From Promethearchaeota archaeon (GTDB lineage: Archaea > Asgardarchaeota > Lokiarchaeia > Sigyniarchaeales > SOKP01), in contig JAHPZI010000017.1 in NCBI GenBank assembly GCA_019058295.1, forward strand, positions 34,917 to 98,916: a DNA stretch of 64,000 nt, written 5' to 3'. The notes under the pieces are model-generated. The model saw only the letters and a list, made by a program, of their open reading frames with translations. It made no database searches and was not told where the DNA came from. Shown piece after piece: positions 60,036-64,000 of the stretch. The translations under genes and the position numbers were made by a program. Every line of letters begins with the position of its first letter. The stretch's first letter is position 1.

Positions 60036-61154
60036 TTACAACATTAAATTATTTAATATTATATCAAAACTTTCAAACAATTTCTTTTCCCCACCTTTAA
60101 ATTCATTTAATATCATTAAAATCTCTTTAAAGAAAGCTTGAAATTGTTTTTTAACCAGTTTTAGAAAATATTTAAATGATTCAATTCCTTCCCCATTAAC
60201 TACTAGAACAAAGATTAATGGTTCCGAAAATTTGCTACTATACTCTAATACAAAGGTTATATCTCCTTTTTTAATAATATTTGTTTTAACATCTTTAATA
60301 TACGTGATTTCAGATACTATATCTTCAACTCCAACTATTACCCTTGACATTACTTCAGTAAACTGATACGAATTGGAATTATCTAAAACAGTTTTAAAGT
60401 CAAATGAATAGATCTTTTCAATTGGGTTCTCTTTTATAACAAAAAAATGAATAATTTTTTTTTTCCAATCAAATTCAAGAAATACGGGAAATTTATAAAC
60501 TCCAAAGTAAATTATCAATAAACTTAACATAACAAATGGCATTGAAATTAATAATAGGATTTCTTTATATTCAACTAAAAAAATAGTTCTAAACTCATTA
60601 TTTCCAATGAGAATCGCAACAGATAATATTACTTCACCGATTAAAATCAACTTTAATCTCCTTTTAATTCTACCTGTTGATAGTTTAATTAATTTATATT
60701 GAAAGAATAAAAGATAAGCATATCCTAATAACACGAAAAGAAGAATATAAGGAAATTCAACAAAACTACTAATAATAATTGTTAAAATCAGAGAAATTAT
60801 AGTTATCAATATAATTATTCTCGGGATACGAGGATCAGAAACTTGATGAAATGGTTTAGTGCTCACTATTAATAGAAAAGAATTAGGTGCTAAAATAAAA
60901 ACTATAAATGATAGGTATAACAAAATATCCTTATAAGAGATTTCTAGTAAAAAGTAATTACTTAATACTCTTAATAGCGCACCGCTTATCGCAAACAAAA
61001 AGAATAAAGCATAGGCTAATAATATTTTGTTCAATTCAATATTTTCGTCTTTTAATTTAAAATATTGATATAAAAAAAATACAGCTAATTGATAACCAGC
61101 AACAAGAGAAATTACAGAAAAGGGAAGAATAATCTCATCTTGTATGAAGGACAT
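60036..61154 (-). CDS. 7TM membrane protein fused to C-terminal longin-like domain (paralog)
   Basis: Seven hydrophobic segments, EFDW linker and a soluble alpha/beta C-terminal domain like its neighbour. Confidence 0.68.
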   Translation of the reverse strand: MSFIQDEIILPFSVISLVAGYQLAVFFLYQYFKLKDENIELNKILLAYALFFLFAISGALLRVLSNYFLLEISYKDILLYLSFIVFILAPNSFLLIVSTKPFHQVSDPRIPRIIILITIISLILTIIISSFVEFPYILLFVLLGYAYLLFFQYKLIKLSTGRIKRRLKLILIGEVILSVAILIGNNEFRTIFLVEYKEILLLISMPFVMLSLLIIYFGVYKFPVFLEFDWKKKIIHFFVIKENPIEKIYSFDFKTVLDNSNSYQFTEVMSRVIVGVEDIVSEITYIKDVKTNIIKKGDITFVLEYSSKFSEPLIFVLVVNGEGIESFKYFLKLVKKQFQAFFKEILMILNEFKGGEKKLFESFDIILNNLML

Positions 61155-61302
61155 ATTATCAGATAAATAAAATTAAAATATTTAAGGATTTCTTTAATTT
61201 TTTATAATCTCAGAAGATGAGATGTTTCTGCTTCTATTAATTACTAAATTTTAATTATATGCTCTATATTAAATAAATTATATTGATTATAAACTGATAA
61301 TT

Positions 61303-62352
61303 ATGAAAGTTGCTAAGTATTATTCTAATGAGGATGTTAGAGTTGAGGATATGCCTAAACCTCAAATTGGATCTGGTGAGTTCTTGGTTAAGGTAAAAAG
61401 ATCTGGTATTTGTGGGTCTGATATATTGGAATATTATCGTTTCGCAAAAATGAAAAAACTCGGCGTTGATAATCTTATTTTAGGGCACGAAATTGCTGGT
61501 GATATTGTTGAGGTAGGGGAGGCTGTAAAAGATTTTAAAGTTGGAGACAGAGTTTTTGTATCACATCATGTTCCTTGTTTTGATTGTCATTACTGTGAAC
61601 TAGGGCATCATACCGCTTGCAATTTGCTTCACAATACAAATTTCGATCCTGGTGGCTTTGCTGAATATCTTAGAGTTCCAACAATTAATATAGAAAAAAA
61701 GGGTGTATATATTCTTGAAGATGATGTTTCATATGAAGAGGGTGTGTTTATTGAACCTTTGGGATGTGTATGTCGTGCTCAAAGATTGGCTAATATTAAA
61801 AAGGGACAAACACTCTTGATACTAGGTAGTGGAGTCTCGGGATTATTGCATCTTATGCTGGCAAAAGCTAAAGGCATAGAAAAAGTGATCACTACTGATA
61901 TAAGTAAATATCGATTAGAAAAAGCTAAACAGTTTGGTGCTGATGAGGTAATTCACGCAAATGATGAAATTATCTCAGAAGTAAAAGAAAATAATGAGGG
62001 AAGATCCCCTGATGTTGTAATTGTATGTACTGGTGCCTTGTCGGCAGCAAGACAAGCTTTAGATTGTGCTGGTCCAGGGAGTACAATCATCTTTTTTGCT
62101 GTTCCCAAACCCGGAATTAACCTTGAGATACCCATAAATGACTATTGGAGAAATGAGATAACAATTATGACATCTTACGGAGCTGCTCCCGAAGATCTTG
62201 ACGAAGCTTATGAGTGGATAAAATCCAAAAAGTTTGATATAGTGGAGTTAATATCGCATCGATTTCCACTTAATAAGGCTGGAGAGGCATTTGAAGTTGT
62301 CTGTGAAGCCAACGAATCAATGAAAGTAATTTTAGAACCAGAAGAAGATTAA
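61303..62352 (+). CDS. Zn-dependent alcohol dehydrogenase (MDR family)
   Basis: GICGSD, LGHE, CxxCxxC-x7-C and GSGVSG motifs. Confidence 0.93.
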   Translation: MKVAKYYSNEDVRVEDMPKPQIGSGEFLVKVKRSGICGSDILEYYRFAKMKKLGVDNLILGHEIAGDIVEVGEAVKDFKVGDRVFVSHHVPCFDCHYCELGHHTACNLLHNTNFDPGGFAEYLRVPTINIEKKGVYILEDDVSYEEGVFIEPLGCVCRAQRLANIKKGQTLLILGSGVSGLLHLMLAKAKGIEKVITTDISKYRLEKAKQFGADEVIHANDEIISEVKENNEGRSPDVVIVCTGALSAARQALDCAGPGSTIIFFAVPKPGINLEIPINDYWRNEITIMTSYGAAPEDLDEAYEWIKSKKFDIVELISHRFPLNKAGEAFEVVCEANESMKVILEPEED

Positions 62353-63326
62353 TCTTCTTCTTCTATTTCTAAGGCTTTATAAGTCTGTTGAAGATGCTTT
62401 TTAATTATCCAATATTCCCAAAGAGTATATATCTTCTTAAGAAATGATTTCATTTTCTTTTTTTGAAAAATTAAGTCTTGTTCTAATAAGAGATTTACAT
62501 TTTCTTCTAAATTTAAACTTAATTCTGACTTTATTGCTGCCATATTGATTAATTTTTGCCGTTCTTTTATTTTTCTCCTCATATATTCAAATGGTGTTTT
62601 ATCTGGATTTTTCACAACGTAGCCATGACTTGAGGTTAAAAATTTTGCTTTTTCAAGGAAAAGTTTCTCTGCTTTATCAATATCATCTAAATATTGTTCA
62701 ATAGAACAATCTTGAAAACCATACCATGGACCATATCCATCAACTCCTGGTTCTGGTTGGTCAAATCCCATACAACTTATATGTAATACTTTTTCGGAAG
62801 GAATATAAAGGCCAACATGCCCATTGCCATGTCCTGGAAATGGAATCGTTTCTACTATCAAATTTTCAAATGTTAATCTATCTCCTGGTTCAAATGCTTT
62901 CACATTATTGCAGGTAAAATATTCATTTAATTCAGCAAATTTTTTAACATCGCTAAAACTCACTCTCGAATCGAAATTATCTTTATGAAACTTTTTTAAA
63001 TCAATTAGATAATTTGCTTCAGGATTAGGTGCGTGTATAGTTGCCTCTAATGCTTCCCATCCATATACATGAGCCATGTGGTCCAAATGCCCATGCGTAC
63101 AGACATAATTTAAAATAGGACCAATATCCTTATAGAGTTCTATTGAATATTTAGGTTGAATATTCAAATCAAGAATAACAGTTTCAGAATTTCGCCCTTT
63201 TCTAGGTAAAATGATTAATCCATCACAGCAAGAAAAATCACTAGGCACCTTATTCTGATGCGCTATTAAGATATTATCTTTTATAACTTCTTTAATTTCG
63301 AGATTCTTTATCTTAGGTATTTCCAT
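62349..63326 (-). CDS. Metallo-beta-lactamase-fold hydrolase
   Basis: THGHLDH, PGH..GH and SHG motifs. Confidence 0.88.
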   Translation of the reverse strand: MEIPKIKNLEIKEVIKDNILIAHQNKVPSDFSCCDGLIILPRKGRNSETVILDLNIQPKYSIELYKDIGPILNYVCTHGHLDHMAHVYGWEALEATIHAPNPEANYLIDLKKFHKDNFDSRVSFSDVKKFAELNEYFTCNNVKAFEPGDRLTFENLIVETIPFPGHGNGHVGLYIPSEKVLHISCMGFDQPEPGVDGYGPWYGFQDCSIEQYLDDIDKAEKLFLEKAKFLTSSHGYVVKNPDKTPFEYMRRKIKERQKLINMAAIKSELSLNLEENVNLLLEQDLIFQKKKMKSFLKKIYTLWEYWIIKKHLQQTYKALEIEEED

Positions 63327-63476
63327 TGTAATATATTCTTAATATGTTTCTTTTAATGTGGAAAAAAATAAATCAAAATATATTAAATTAACTAAATAAA
63401 AATTAAAAAGCAGTAAAAAAAGTAAATAATTAAATACTAAAAGGAAAAAAAGGATTTAATTTATCTTTAATTTAGT

Positions 63477-64000
63477 CTAATACTTACGTTTTTTAAGAGT
63501 TATTATTAAAACAATAACGCTTACAACCAACATTACACCAATTAAATTAATCATATCATATCCTGGTATAATCTCATCTCTACCACCACCATCGTCATCA
63601 TCATCGTCATCGCCACCAGGAAGTAGAGGAGATTGAGCCCCGCTATCAGTATACCATCTAAAATTATAAATAGATGACAAATTTTCCCCTGAAACCAGAA
63701 TATAATACGTTCCGTTCAAAGAGAGCCAATAATTGATTGTATTGTTATCTATAGTTATCTTAAATTCAGTGATATAAGCCCCCGTGCTATTGTAAATAGA
63801 GAAATTAAGATAACCTACTGTGTAGCTAAAATTAAATTCTACAATTAAAAGCAATTCACCAGGAGTAACAAAAATTTCGTACCAATCATCGTCGTTTTGA
63901 ATTCCGTAGCCATCGATGGTATTAAGCCATATATTTTCATATGAGGTTAAATTGTAAGCTGAGGTGTAAACATCGTTTTCCTCGTAGTTATCATCGATAG
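63477..64000 (-). CDS. Cell-surface protein C-terminal part (PPC-like domain, poly-Asp linker, IPGY sorting signal); 5' end beyond window
   Basis: Frame open to the window edge: IDDNYEEND..A..DDDWYEI..; ends DDDDDDGGG..IPGY, TM helix, KKRKY. Confidence 0.8.
   Translation of the reverse strand, partial: IDDNYEENDVYTSAYNLTSYENIWLNTIDGYGIQNDDDWYEIFVTPGELLLIVEFNFSYTVGYLNFSIYNSTGAYITEFKITIDNNTINYWLSLNGTYYILVSGENLSSIYNFRWYTDSGAQSPLLPGGDDDDDDDGGGRDEIIPGYDMINLIGVMLVVSVIVLIITLKKRKY

Noticed and set aside
106-62917. Many short antisense or overlapping ORFs in the track (e.g. 2620-2832, 3059-3382, 4774-4959, 7717-8106, 26612-27058, 54643-55014)
   Set aside because: Shadow ORFs opposite well-supported genes, with no motifs or RBS
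1-64000. Selenoprotein (in-frame TGA) genes, CRISPR arrays, transposases, integrases, rRNA
   Set aside because: Looked for by eye and none found; redox genes end at ordinary stops with complete domains

Overview
AT-rich archaeal chromosomal DNA, most consistent with an Asgard archaeon of the Lokiarchaeia type. This is inferred from longin-like proteins, small GTPases, IPGY-type C-terminal sorting signals, Ftr, a BHB-intron tRNA, GGTGA/GAGGT ribosome-binding sites and oligo-T terminators. Bases ~0.5-24 kb form a dense oxidative-stress and Fe-S/sulfur-trafficking island: glutaredoxin, Isf, two superoxide reductases, a variant CooS, an NADH:rubredoxin oxidoreductase, two rubredoxins, OsmC, FprA, two rubrerythrins, a CoA-disulfide reductase-rhodanese-TusA fusion, IscU/IscS, DsrE, TusA and a 2-oxoacid:ferredoxin oxidoreductase. 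The rest carries ABC exporters, lipid and sugar enzymes, Ftr, Hsp20, regulators and 7TM-longin proteins. The main discovery is a 29-nt bulge-helix-bulge (BHB) intron inside a protein-coding 2x[4Fe-4S] gene (minus strand, intron 2813-2841). Cleavage at the canonical archaeal splicing-endonuclease positions removes two stop codons and a frameshift, and exactly restores the conserved CxxCxxCxxxCAEGAL motif. The same window holds a tRNA-His with two similarly sized BHB introns at non-canonical positions, implying a broad-specificity endonuclease. Other notable items are apparent AUU start codons, an IscU fused to a TrxB-like domain, a candidate ~90-nt hairpin ncRNA, a repeated GAACATGTTC palindrome and a Rab-like pseudogene remnant.
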